Assembly: GCA_037137975.1 (NCBI GenBank)
Contig: JBAXJG010000002.1
Span: forward strand, 40,524 to 104,523
DNA from: Candidatus Uhrbacteria bacterium
GTDB taxonomy: Bacteria; Patescibacteriota; Patescibacteriia; 2-12-FULL-60-25
Direction: 5' to 3'
DNA: 64,000 nucleotides
Shown here one piece after another: positions 44,980-53,200 of the stretch (position 1 is the first letter of the stretch; each line of letters starts with the position of its first letter). Below the pieces are notes generated by a model. It saw nothing but the letters and a program-made list of their open reading frames with translations. It was not told where the DNA came from and searched no databases. Both the position numbers and the translations under genes were made by a program.

Positions 44980-46368
44980 TTACGTTCCCTGTCTGCGTAG
45001 CAGCACTCCAATCGTTTTAAGCAGAATCAACGCATCGAGCAAGAGCGAGCGGTTTTTGATGTAGTACAAATCGTATTGGAGTTTTTTGAGGTTGTCGTCG
45101 ACGGTGGAGTTTGGGGTGAGATAGCGAACCTGTGCCCAGCCTGTGAGTCCTGGTCGTGTGAGATGTCGTAATGCGTAGTATGGCATGCGCTCAAGAAGCG
45201 GATTTACGAATTCAGGACGCTCTGGGCGAGGACCGATGAATGACAAATCTCCTTTGAGAACATTCCAGACCTGTGGAAGCTCATCAATACGCATACGACG
45301 CATGAAGCGACCAAAAGGGAACAGACGTGGATCTGTTTTGGCATCTGATGTGAATTGCGGACCATTTGGTTCGCTGAGTCCGCCTGCACTTAATACTTTC
45401 ATGCTGCGGAATTTGTAGAACGTGAAAGGCTTTCCGCCTTTTCCTACGCGGATCTGACTGATGAAGATTGGGCCTGGTGAAGCCATCTTCGTGAAGAGGG
45501 CAACAAAGGGAATCGCGATGGCTGTCACAACGCCGACGGGAAATGAGAGAGCGATGTCTATGCCGCGCTTCACGCTTTCAAACCAAGCTTTTTCCGATTC
45601 TTTCAAATGATGAAGGAACCAAGTTTCCGTAACATAAGAAAGGGGAATGCGGCCTGTGGCAATTTCTTCGATTTCTGCGCGATCAAGAATATCAACTGGT
45701 GTAAAGAGAGATTGGTACAAGACGGATTTTAATTCTGGAATTTCATCTGGACGTACGCCAAGCACGACCGTAGTGATCTGATGCATCTTGAGAGCATCTG
45801 CGAATGCATGAAGCCCTGGTAGCCATACAATATCGTTGTAGCGATAGGTATCACCTGAGGTTGCGATAGCGGCCACGACATCTGCTCCGAGTGAGCTTTC
45901 ACGGAGGAGCTCATCCATTTTACGAAGTTCTTCTGCAGGTCCAATAAAGAGGATGCGGAGGCGAGAAAATTTCGATTGAACAAAACGACCAGCAATAAGC
46001 CGCCATCCATATCCGATCAATAGACTGGTCGCGAAGAACAAGAAGAGAATGGCGCGTGGAGCCAGGCCAACGGGGAACAAATAGAAAAAAGCGAGCGCGA
46101 CGGCGAGGTTTGCGATCATTCCCTCGAGGTATGTCCGAAACATGCGAAACGGTTCGCGTAGCAATGTGAGCTCGTAGAGACCGGCGATATAAAATCCAAT
46201 GATCCACGCAAAAGATACGACGGTGAATGCGGGGAGGTTCACCATCCAGAGACCTTTATCAAATCCACCGTATCGAACGGTGATGGTAAGTAGGAGTGCG
46301 AGTTCAAATGCCACAAGGTCTCCCGTGAGAATCAGGAGGCGTTTGGCGAGTTGGCTGGTGTGTAGCAT
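44980..46368 (-). CDS. Undecaprenyl-phosphate sugar-1-phosphate transferase (WbaP/Bac_transf family), initiating enzyme
   Basis: N-terminal TM block, then PGPIFISQIRVGKGGKPFTFYKFRSM and DELPQVWNVLKGDLSFIGPRP. Confidence 0.9.
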   Translation of the reverse strand: MLHTSQLAKRLLILTGDLVAFELALLLTITVRYGGFDKGLWMVNLPAFTVVSFAWIIGFYIAGLYELTLLREPFRMFRTYLEGMIANLAVALAFFYLFPVGLAPRAILFLFFATSLLIGYGWRLIAGRFVQSKFSRLRILFIGPAEELRKMDELLRESSLGADVVAAIATSGDTYRYNDIVWLPGLHAFADALKMHQITTVVLGVRPDEIPELKSVLYQSLFTPVDILDRAEIEEIATGRIPLSYVTETWFLHHLKESEKAWFESVKRGIDIALSFPVGVVTAIAIPFVALFTKMASPGPIFISQIRVGKGGKPFTFYKFRSMKVLSAGGLSEPNGPQFTSDAKTDPRLFPFGRFMRRMRIDELPQVWNVLKGDLSFIGPRPERPEFVNPLLERMPYYALRHLTRPGLTGWAQVRYLTPNSTVDDNLKKLQYDLYYIKNRSLLLDALILLKTIGVLLRRQGT

Positions 46369-46410
46369 GAGTGTGGCGGGATGATCTTCGCTCAGGTAAG
46401 CTTGTCCCCG

Positions 46411-47562
46411 ATGCGTTTTTCCGTCAAACGGCTTCTCGCTTTCTCTTTCATTTCTTGTCTGGGGAGTCTTGTGTTTGGCGTATCAACTCATGCAGAGACT
46501 CTCCCTTCACCAAATGATCCTTTATTCCCGCAACAATGGGATTTACGCCAGATTCATGCGCAAGAGGCATGGGCCGTGACGACAGGTACTCATTCGGTGA
46601 CGGTTGCGATGATTGATTCTGGGGTGGATTTTCAGCATCCTGATTTGGCGGGGATTCGAGTAGAGGATGGATGGAATTTCATCACTAATACTTCGGATAC
46701 GACGCCGATGGTTGGGCCTGATCAGGACGATGACGCGATGTCACATGGCACGATCATGACCTCGTTACTAGCGGCACAAGGAAATAATGGAATTGGGATG
46801 GCTGGCATGGCCTGGAATATTAATGTGATGCCGCTTGTGGTGTTGGATATGAATGGCGCGGGTTCGGTTGATCATATTACGGCTGCCATTCGGTATGCAG
46901 TGAATCATGGAGCGGAAATCATCAATATAAGTCTTGTTGGATTTGAGCCAGATGATGATATGGATCGTGCAATCAAAGAAGCGGCTGATGCGGGCGTTCT
47001 TGTCGTAGCGGCAGCAGGGAATACGAGTGGTTGGAAGGATGGACTCGATCTTGATCAGCAACCGATGTATCCAGCGTGTAGCTTGGCCGGTTCATCTGCG
47101 ATATTAACGGTGAGTGCCACGGACCCGCTTGATCAAAAAGCGCCGTATGCCAATTTTGGACGTACGTGTGTTGGGATTTCTGCGCCTGGTCATGAAATGT
47201 TGGGAGCGCATCCGTTTCATGGCGCTGCGCGCGATGCAAGTTCGACGCAATATATCGCTGGTGTGACGGGAACGTCTGCGGCTGTACCACTCGTAAGTGG
47301 AACAGCGGCGCTTATCAAGAGCATTCGTCCTGATTGGGGTCCTGCGCAGATTCGAGCGCGCTTAATGGTGACTGCAGATCCGATTGATCCAGTTCAAAAG
47401 TCAGATGTGCGATATAAACTGGGAAGCGGTCGTTTGAATGCTGGCCGTGCCTTGCAAGGATTGGTTGCGCCCCGCGTTTCTCAAGGGGATGGTATCCAGA
47501 AACTTGGTTTGGCGGCGTTTTCATTGCTTTCGAGATTTCATATATTTCTTCCGTCGCTATGA
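46411..47562 (+). CDS. Secreted subtilisin-like serine protease (S8)
   Basis: Signal peptide MRFSVKRLLAFSFISCLGSLVFGVSTHA. Catalytic triad contexts are VAMIDSGVD, SHGT and GTSAAVPLVSG. Confidence 0.85.
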   Translation: MRFSVKRLLAFSFISCLGSLVFGVSTHAETLPSPNDPLFPQQWDLRQIHAQEAWAVTTGTHSVTVAMIDSGVDFQHPDLAGIRVEDGWNFITNTSDTTPMVGPDQDDDAMSHGTIMTSLLAAQGNNGIGMAGMAWNINVMPLVVLDMNGAGSVDHITAAIRYAVNHGAEIINISLVGFEPDDDMDRAIKEAADAGVLVVAAAGNTSGWKDGLDLDQQPMYPACSLAGSSAILTVSATDPLDQKAPYANFGRTCVGISAPGHEMLGAHPFHGAARDASSTQYIAGVTGTSAAVPLVSGTAALIKSIRPDWGPAQIRARLMVTADPIDPVQKSDVRYKLGSGRLNAGRALQGLVAPRVSQGDGIQKLGLAAFSLLSRFHIFLPSL

Positions 47563-47987
47563 TCCATCGAGTTTCAAGATTCGCCAAAGCCGAGGGCGGT
47601 ACGTTTGCCCGGTTCTTGGTTGTTGGTGGTTTATCGTTTTTGATAAATATCGGCGTGTATGCGCTTTTGTCGCGTGTACTGTTCCCGAATGGGAATCGTC
47701 TTATAGAAAGTGTGGCGGCGAATGGAATTGCTATTTTGTTTAATTTTCTTTTGCACAAAATTTGGACTTTTGGTGGGGCGGTAAAGAAAGATCATTTTCA
47801 AATGGTTCGATACGGGATTGTGGTTGCAGGCGCGGCTGCGTTACAAGCGTGTATTTTTGCCTTTGGTCATGGGCGCTTTGGAATCAATGATTTCCTTGTG
47901 ATTGCCGTCGCAACAGGCATCTGTGCGATCTTCACTTTTTTTGCCCACAGATTCTTTACCTTCAAGCGTTTGCAAGACGTGGTATAA
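47559..47987 (+). CDS. gtrA: GtrA-family membrane protein
   Basis: 142 aa with 4 TM helices, FARFLVVGGLSFLINIGVYALL and the C-terminal HRFFTF motif. Confidence 0.8.
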   Translation: MIHRVSRFAKAEGGTFARFLVVGGLSFLINIGVYALLSRVLFPNGNRLIESVAANGIAILFNFLLHKIWTFGGAVKKDHFQMVRYGIVVAGAAALQACIFAFGHGRFGINDFLVIAVATGICAIFTFFAHRFFTFKRLQDVV

Positions 47988-47994
47988 TCACCGC

Positions 47995-49020
47995 ATGCCT
48001 GCCTCTAGGCCTCTTTTCAACAAGAAAAACATTCTCGTCACGGGCGGTGCCGGTTTTATCGGTTCGCATCTTTGTGATGCGCTCGTGAAAGACAACCACG
48101 TGATCTGTTTGGATAATTTTTCTACAAGTTCCGTCGCAAACGTGGAGCATCTTCTTCAAAATCCAAATTTTGAGTTCATTAATCATGATATTGTTCAGCC
48201 TTTTGATTTGAATGATTATCCAGAGCTTGATCGTTTTAAGGTGAAATTTCAGGGGATTCAGGAGATCTATCATCTCGCCTGTCCAATCTCGAAGCGGCAT
48301 TTTGAGGATTTTAAGATTGCGATGGTTTTGACGAATTCCATCGGCATGAAGAATGTGTTGGATGTAGCTGTTTCCAATCAGGCAAAGATATTGTTTGCTT
48401 CCTCTTCTTCTTTGTATGGCCCACGTCGAGCGGATCATCCATATGTTTCAGAGTCTGATCCTTGCGTGTTGGATCATTTGACACCACATGGTTCCTACGA
48501 TGAGGGAAAACGTTTTGGTGAGTCGGTTTTGTATACCTATCAAGACGTGTATCACGTAGATGTAAAAATCGCGCGTGTGTTTCGAACGTATGGCCCTCGC
48601 ATGAAATTGTTTGATGGAAATTTGTTGCCTGACATGATTAACAATGCGCTTGATGGAAAAGATATCGAGCTTTCATTTCCAGAAGATGCGCGCATTGGTT
48701 TATGTTATGTGTCAGATATTGTGGATGGATTGGTTCGTCATATGAATTCATCTATCGATGTGACGGTTTTGAATCTTGGGTCTGATCAGGAGCAGTATCT
48801 TTCTTCGGTAGCAGGTCAGATTATCAAATTAACAGATAGTGTTTCTCGTGTGCGTTTCGAGCCGACGACAAATGTGTATGGGGAGGCTGGATTGCCTGAT
48901 ATTGGGAAGGCGCGCCAAGTATTAGGATGGCTTCCATTAGTTCGCACGGAAGACGGACTGCGTCGCATGATTGAATACGCGCGTTCGCATCGTCAGCTTA
49001 CGCATTCTTTTGGATCTTAA
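47995..49020 (+). CDS. UDP-glucuronate decarboxylase-like extended SDR (UXS-like), paralog 1
   Basis: ILVTGGAGFIGSHLCDAL, IYHLACP, YDEGKRFGE (YxxxK) and ARVFRTYGPRM. Confidence 0.78.
   Translation: MPASRPLFNKKNILVTGGAGFIGSHLCDALVKDNHVICLDNFSTSSVANVEHLLQNPNFEFINHDIVQPFDLNDYPELDRFKVKFQGIQEIYHLACPISKRHFEDFKIAMVLTNSIGMKNVLDVAVSNQAKILFASSSSLYGPRRADHPYVSESDPCVLDHLTPHGSYDEGKRFGESVLYTYQDVYHVDVKIARVFRTYGPRMKLFDGNLLPDMINNALDGKDIELSFPEDARIGLCYVSDIVDGLVRHMNSSIDVTVLNLGSDQEQYLSSVAGQIIKLTDSVSRVRFEPTTNVYGEAGLPDIGKARQVLGWLPLVRTEDGLRRMIEYARSHRQLTHSFGS
48232..48286 (+). repeat. 54/55-nt tract identical to 49256-49310 in the adjacent paralog
   Basis: cgttttaaggtgaaatttcaggggattcaggagatctatcatctcgc (47 nt identical), one mismatch, then tgtccaa. 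Confidence 0.95.
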
Positions 49021-49024
49021 TCGT

Positions 49025-50053
49025 ATGGAGAATCCAGTTTTTGAAAAAAAGATCGTTCTCGTCACCGGTGGTGCTGGTTTTATTGGTTCACATCTTTGCG
49101 AATCGCTCTTGAAAGACTCGCGAGTCATTTGTCTTGATAATTTTGCTACGAGTCAAGAATCAAATATTGATACGCTGTTGCGCCATCCAGATTTTGAATT
49201 TATTCGTCATGATATTAATTCTCCGTTTGATCCAGAAGCGTTTCCTGAGCTCGCGCGTTTTAAGGTGAAATTTCAGGGGATTCAGGAGATCTATCATCTC
49301 GCGTGTCCAACAAGTCCAAAACGTTTCGAGCAGCATCGCATGCAGACATTGTATGCGAACTCGCTTGGCATGAAGCATGCACTTGATTTGGCCGTGCGAT
49401 ATAAATCACGATTTGTGCATGGTTCGACTTCGACCGTGTACGGTCCACGTCCTACTGATAACCACGCATTTCGTGAAGATGAAATCGGTTCACAAGATAC
49501 CTTGAGTCCGCGCGCTTGTTACGACGAAGGAAAACGCTTCGCAGAAACGTGTTGTGCGACGTATACCCAGGTTCATGGCGTCGATGCACGCATCGCTCGT
49601 ATCTTTCGTACCTTTGGTCCGCGTATGCCTTTGTTTGATGGACAGATGGTTCCGGATTTTGTCACGAATGCGCTCGATGGAACTGATATTGAAATATTCG
49701 GTGATGCAAATTTCACTACATCGCTTATTTTTGTCACGGATGTGGTGGATGGACTGATGAAGCTCATGGGCGCTGCAGAGAATATTGGTCCAGTGAATAT
49801 CGGAAGTGATATCGATATGCCTTTGGTTGAGGTGGCAAATCGCATCATTGAGATGACAGGTTCTTCATCAAAGATCGTGTTCCGAGACGCGCTTTTGTTC
49901 ATGACTCAACTTGGTTTGCCAGATCTTACAAAAGCGAAAGAAAAACTTGGATGGTTGCCGCTCGTGACGCTTGATGATGGTTTGAAAAAGGCGATTGATT
50001 ATACGATTGCAAATAAGACTCTTTTGTCGGGGTTTAGGAGCTTTGGCCAGTAA
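49025..50053 (+). CDS. UDP-glucuronate decarboxylase-like extended SDR (UXS-like), paralog 2
   Basis: IVLVTGGAGFIGSHLCESL, IYHLACP, YDEGKRFAE and ARIFRTFGPRM. Confidence 0.78.
   Translation: MENPVFEKKIVLVTGGAGFIGSHLCESLLKDSRVICLDNFATSQESNIDTLLRHPDFEFIRHDINSPFDPEAFPELARFKVKFQGIQEIYHLACPTSPKRFEQHRMQTLYANSLGMKHALDLAVRYKSRFVHGSTSTVYGPRPTDNHAFREDEIGSQDTLSPRACYDEGKRFAETCCATYTQVHGVDARIARIFRTFGPRMPLFDGQMVPDFVTNALDGTDIEIFGDANFTTSLIFVTDVVDGLMKLMGAAENIGPVNIGSDIDMPLVEVANRIIEMTGSSSKIVFRDALLFMTQLGLPDLTKAKEKLGWLPLVTLDDGLKKAIDYTIANKTLLSGFRSFGQ
49256..49310 (+). repeat. Second copy of the 54/55-nt identical tract
   Basis: Direct comparison with 48232-48286. Confidence 0.95.
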
Positions 50054-50091
50054 CTTGTACGTAATATCAAAATTAGGCTAAGGTTTGAGAG

Positions 50092-50781
50092 ATGAAGGTC
50101 ATTGCCGTCATGCCAGCTTTTCGTGAAGAAACCCGCATAACTGCGGCGATTTCTGGTATTTTGCCTTTGGTGGATCAGATCGTGGTGGTGGATGATGGTT
50201 CCTGCGATGCGACGCCAGAAAGGGCAAAAGAAACGGGAGTGGTTGTTTTGCGGCATGTGTTGAACCGAGGGCAGGGCGCGGCATTAAGAACGGGGACAGA
50301 AGCGGCTCTAAAACTCGGAGCGGATATTATCGTGCATATCGACGCCGATGGTCAGCATGCGCCGGAATCTCTTCCAAGTTTGCTCGCTCCCTTGAAGGAA
50401 GGAAAAGCAGATGTGGTTTTTGGTTCTCGCTTTCTTGGATTGTCATCGGAAGGAATGCCATTCGCGCGCCGCGTGCTTCTCGTGGCGGCAAAACGGTTTA
50501 ATGCGCTGGCGCTCGGCGTGCCACGTAAGGTCACGGATCCTCAAAGTGGATTGCGTGCGATGACCGCCGAAGCCGCTCGAGTTGTCGATTTCCGTCAGGA
50601 TCGCATGGCGCATTGTTCGGAGATTTTGCGCTTGGTGACGCGTTCGAAGTTGCGATGGACAGAAGTGCCGGTGCGCATTCGCTATACGGCCGAGACACTC
50701 GCAAAAGGACAAAATGGAATATCACCACCGCTCGCAGCATTTAAAATTGCGTGGGAATTATTTATCGGTGCCTTCTCCTAA
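50092..50781 (+). CDS. GT2 polyprenyl-phosphate glycosyltransferase (GtrB-like)
   Basis: VIAVMPAFREE, VVVDDGSCDAT and HIDADGQH (DxD), at 229 aa. Confidence 0.85.
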   Translation: MKVIAVMPAFREETRITAAISGILPLVDQIVVVDDGSCDATPERAKETGVVVLRHVLNRGQGAALRTGTEAALKLGADIIVHIDADGQHAPESLPSLLAPLKEGKADVVFGSRFLGLSSEGMPFARRVLLVAAKRFNALALGVPRKVTDPQSGLRAMTAEAARVVDFRQDRMAHCSEILRLVTRSKLRWTEVPVRIRYTAETLAKGQNGISPPLAAFKIAWELFIGAFS

Positions 50782-50784
50782 TCT

Positions 50785-51117
50785 ATGACTATCATTCAAA
50801 TATTTTTGTTGGTCGCATTTTGCGCGGGGCTTGTCCTGGCGTGGAAGCGAGCCAAGCAAGGAGCGATTAGTCGACGCGAGGCGGTTGCCTGGAGCGGGCT
50901 TTGGATTGTGGCGGCCGCAGTCGTGATTCGTCCAGAGATTTCGAGTTTGCTTGCACATAGCGTGGGTATTGGTCGTGGATCTGACTTGGCGATGTATCTC
51001 GCGGTCATCATTTTGTTTGTGATGGTGTTTAATTTGTTTGTGCAACATCATCGTCAACAACGTGAAATTACAGATTTGGTGCGTCGTGAAGCGCTCAAAG
51101 ATATTGATCACGTATGA
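50785..51117 (+). CDS. Small 3-TM membrane protein (DUF2304-like GT2 partner)
   Basis: 110 aa and hydrophobic. It lies immediately after a GtrB-like GT2 gene, an arrangement I recall for DUF2304. Confidence 0.5.
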   Translation: MTIIQIFLLVAFCAGLVLAWKRAKQGAISRREAVAWSGLWIVAAAVVIRPEISSLLAHSVGIGRGSDLAMYLAVIILFVMVFNLFVQHHRQQREITDLVRREALKDIDHV

Positions 51118-52226
51118 AGATTGCTCACGTGTGCTGCGTAGTCCCACCGGCCGGCGGAATGGGAACGGTTGCATTTCGTGAAGTGACTGGGCTTCGTGCG
51201 CGTGGTGTAGAGGCGACACTGTTCACACCCGAATCACGAATCACGAATAACGAATCGCGCTCGTTTGTAAAATTCATTCCGACAGCATGGCAGTACGGGA
51301 ACGCGGCTTGGTTAAAGGGGATTGTGAGTTCGTTGAAAGAGTTCGATGTGATCCATTTGCATTATCCCTTTTACGGAACTGCAGAGCGTATTCTTGCCGC
51401 TTCCGATTCCTTGCCGCCAATCGTTGTGTCGTTTCACATGGATGCGACGGCACCGTCTTGGAAGGGAATAATATTTCGTTTGCATCGTGTACTCGTGCAG
51501 CCTTTCTTATTTTCTCACGCAAAAAAAATTCTCGTTGCGTCTTATGATTATGCGGCGAGTTCATCCATCAAATCGATGATCGATCGTGTGATTGAGTTAC
51601 CATTCGGTGTTGATCTAGATCGCTATACGCCAGGACCTTCTGTGAAAGCGCGTTTCTCCGTACCAGAAGAGGCACCGATCATTTTGTTTGTCGGCGGTCT
51701 TGATAAAGCGCATGCCTTCAAAGGGATTGATGTTTTGTTGAAAGCGACTGCGCAACTTGATGCGAAAACGCATTTGTTAATTGTTGGAGATGGCGATCTT
51801 CGTGCCACCTATGAAGAAGAAGCAAAGCGACTCGGGATTGATCGTCGTACGCATTTTCTTGGTCGTGTAGACGACGCGACCGTGATTGACGCGTATCGCA
51901 GTGCGGATGTGTTTGCTTTTCCTTCTACGAATGGGGCAGAGGCATTTGGATTGGTAGCGCTTGAAGCACAAGCTTGTGGGTTGCCTGTGGTCGCATCTGA
52001 TTTACCAGGATTGCGCACGGTTGTTCGTCCGCAAGAGACGGGGATTTTGGTGAAGCCAAGTTCGGTGGAGGAACTCGCGCAGGGCTTGTATCGCGTCTTA
52101 TCAGATCGAGGTTTCCGTCAGCGCTTATCAGAAGCGGGAATCAACCATGCGCGGCATTTTTCTTGGGATGCTCATCTCGATGGATTGCAAAAGGTGTATA
52201 AAGAAGTATGCGTGTTGCGGTCTTAA
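51114..52226 (+). CDS. Glycosyltransferase family 4
   Basis: MKIAHVCCVVPPAGGMGTV N-terminus and C-terminal FPSTNGAEAFGLVALEAQACGLPVVASD. Confidence 0.85.
   Translation: MKIAHVCCVVPPAGGMGTVAFREVTGLRARGVEATLFTPESRITNNESRSFVKFIPTAWQYGNAAWLKGIVSSLKEFDVIHLHYPFYGTAERILAASDSLPPIVVSFHMDATAPSWKGIIFRLHRVLVQPFLFSHAKKILVASYDYAASSSIKSMIDRVIELPFGVDLDRYTPGPSVKARFSVPEEAPIILFVGGLDKAHAFKGIDVLLKATAQLDAKTHLLIVGDGDLRATYEEEAKRLGIDRRTHFLGRVDDATVIDAYRSADVFAFPSTNGAEAFGLVALEAQACGLPVVASDLPGLRTVVRPQETGILVKPSSVEELAQGLYRVLSDRGFRQRLSEAGINHARHFSWDAHLDGLQKVYKEVCVLRS
51231..51258. repeat. Imperfect heptanucleotide tandem repeat inside the GT4 gene
   Basis: GAATCAC GAATCAC GAATAAC GAATCGC. Confidence 0.9.
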
Positions 52227-53200
52227 CAAATGCATTTCCACCTGTGATGCGAGGCGGCGCTGGTCGCATCGCCGAACTTCAGGTACAGATTTTGGAAGCG
52301 GCTGGATGCGAAGTACGTGTATGGCGACCTGAGGTCTCCTGGTTTTCCTGGATCGCTCCTGTGCGCTTGTTTGCACATCTAGCGGATTTATTACCACAGA
52401 CAGCTATCGCAAAAGAGATTGTTGATTGGGAGCCGCATGTGATATTGACGCACAATCTTACGGGATGTGGGTTTGGAACGCCGACACTTGTTCAGAAACA
52501 GGGCGTTCGGTGGGTACATGTTTTGCATGATGTGCAATTGTTTGAACCGTCTGGTCAATTGAAAGACGCGACAAACATTAGTACTTGGCAAAAGATGTGG
52601 TCATGGCTTCGTCTGCGCAGTTTTGGAAAACCAAATCTGACTATTTCTCCAACGGCTTGGTTGCTTGAACAGCATGAGCGTCGTGGATTTTTTGTGGATG
52701 CGAGAACTCAGGTGTTGCCGAATCCTGCGCCACCAGTCGCTTTTGCGATGCGTGCGCCACGCGAGATACTCCAACTTTTATTGATTGGTGGTACGAAAGA
52801 AAAGGGGAGAGAATTCGTGACTCGTCTTGAATCGCAAATTTCGCATCAGGTGAATGTATTGGAGCATGTCTCCCAAGAGCTGGTGGTGGAGGCGATGCGT
52901 GAAGCGGATATTTTGTTATTCCCTTCGCAGATCATGGAAAATCAACCGACGGTCATTCTCGAAGCGGCCTCTGTTGGATTGCCCGTTATCGCATCAAATG
53001 TTGGAGGAGTGTTTGAGACGCTAGATGGTGCTGGTATCGTTGTTCCAAAAGATGATGTGCAGGCGTGGATTGAGGCGATTCAGTTTTTGGTTGACCCAGA
53101 TCATTATCGCGATCAAACAACGCAGATGTACGAACTTGCGAAACAACACGATCCAGACGTGTACGCCAAGCGATTCAGCGATTTGATTAAGGAAGGGTAA
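52208..53200 (+). CDS. Glycosyltransferase family 4-like
   Basis: MRVAVLTNAFPPVMRGGAGRI N-terminus and C-terminal FPSQIMENQPTVILEAASVGLPVIASNVGG. Confidence 0.65.
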   Translation: MRVAVLTNAFPPVMRGGAGRIAELQVQILEAAGCEVRVWRPEVSWFSWIAPVRLFAHLADLLPQTAIAKEIVDWEPHVILTHNLTGCGFGTPTLVQKQGVRWVHVLHDVQLFEPSGQLKDATNISTWQKMWSWLRLRSFGKPNLTISPTAWLLEQHERRGFFVDARTQVLPNPAPPVAFAMRAPREILQLLLIGGTKEKGREFVTRLESQISHQVNVLEHVSQELVVEAMREADILLFPSQIMENQPTVILEAASVGLPVIASNVGGVFETLDGAGIVVPKDDVQAWIEAIQFLVDPDHYRDQTTQMYELAKQHDPDVYAKRFSDLIKEG

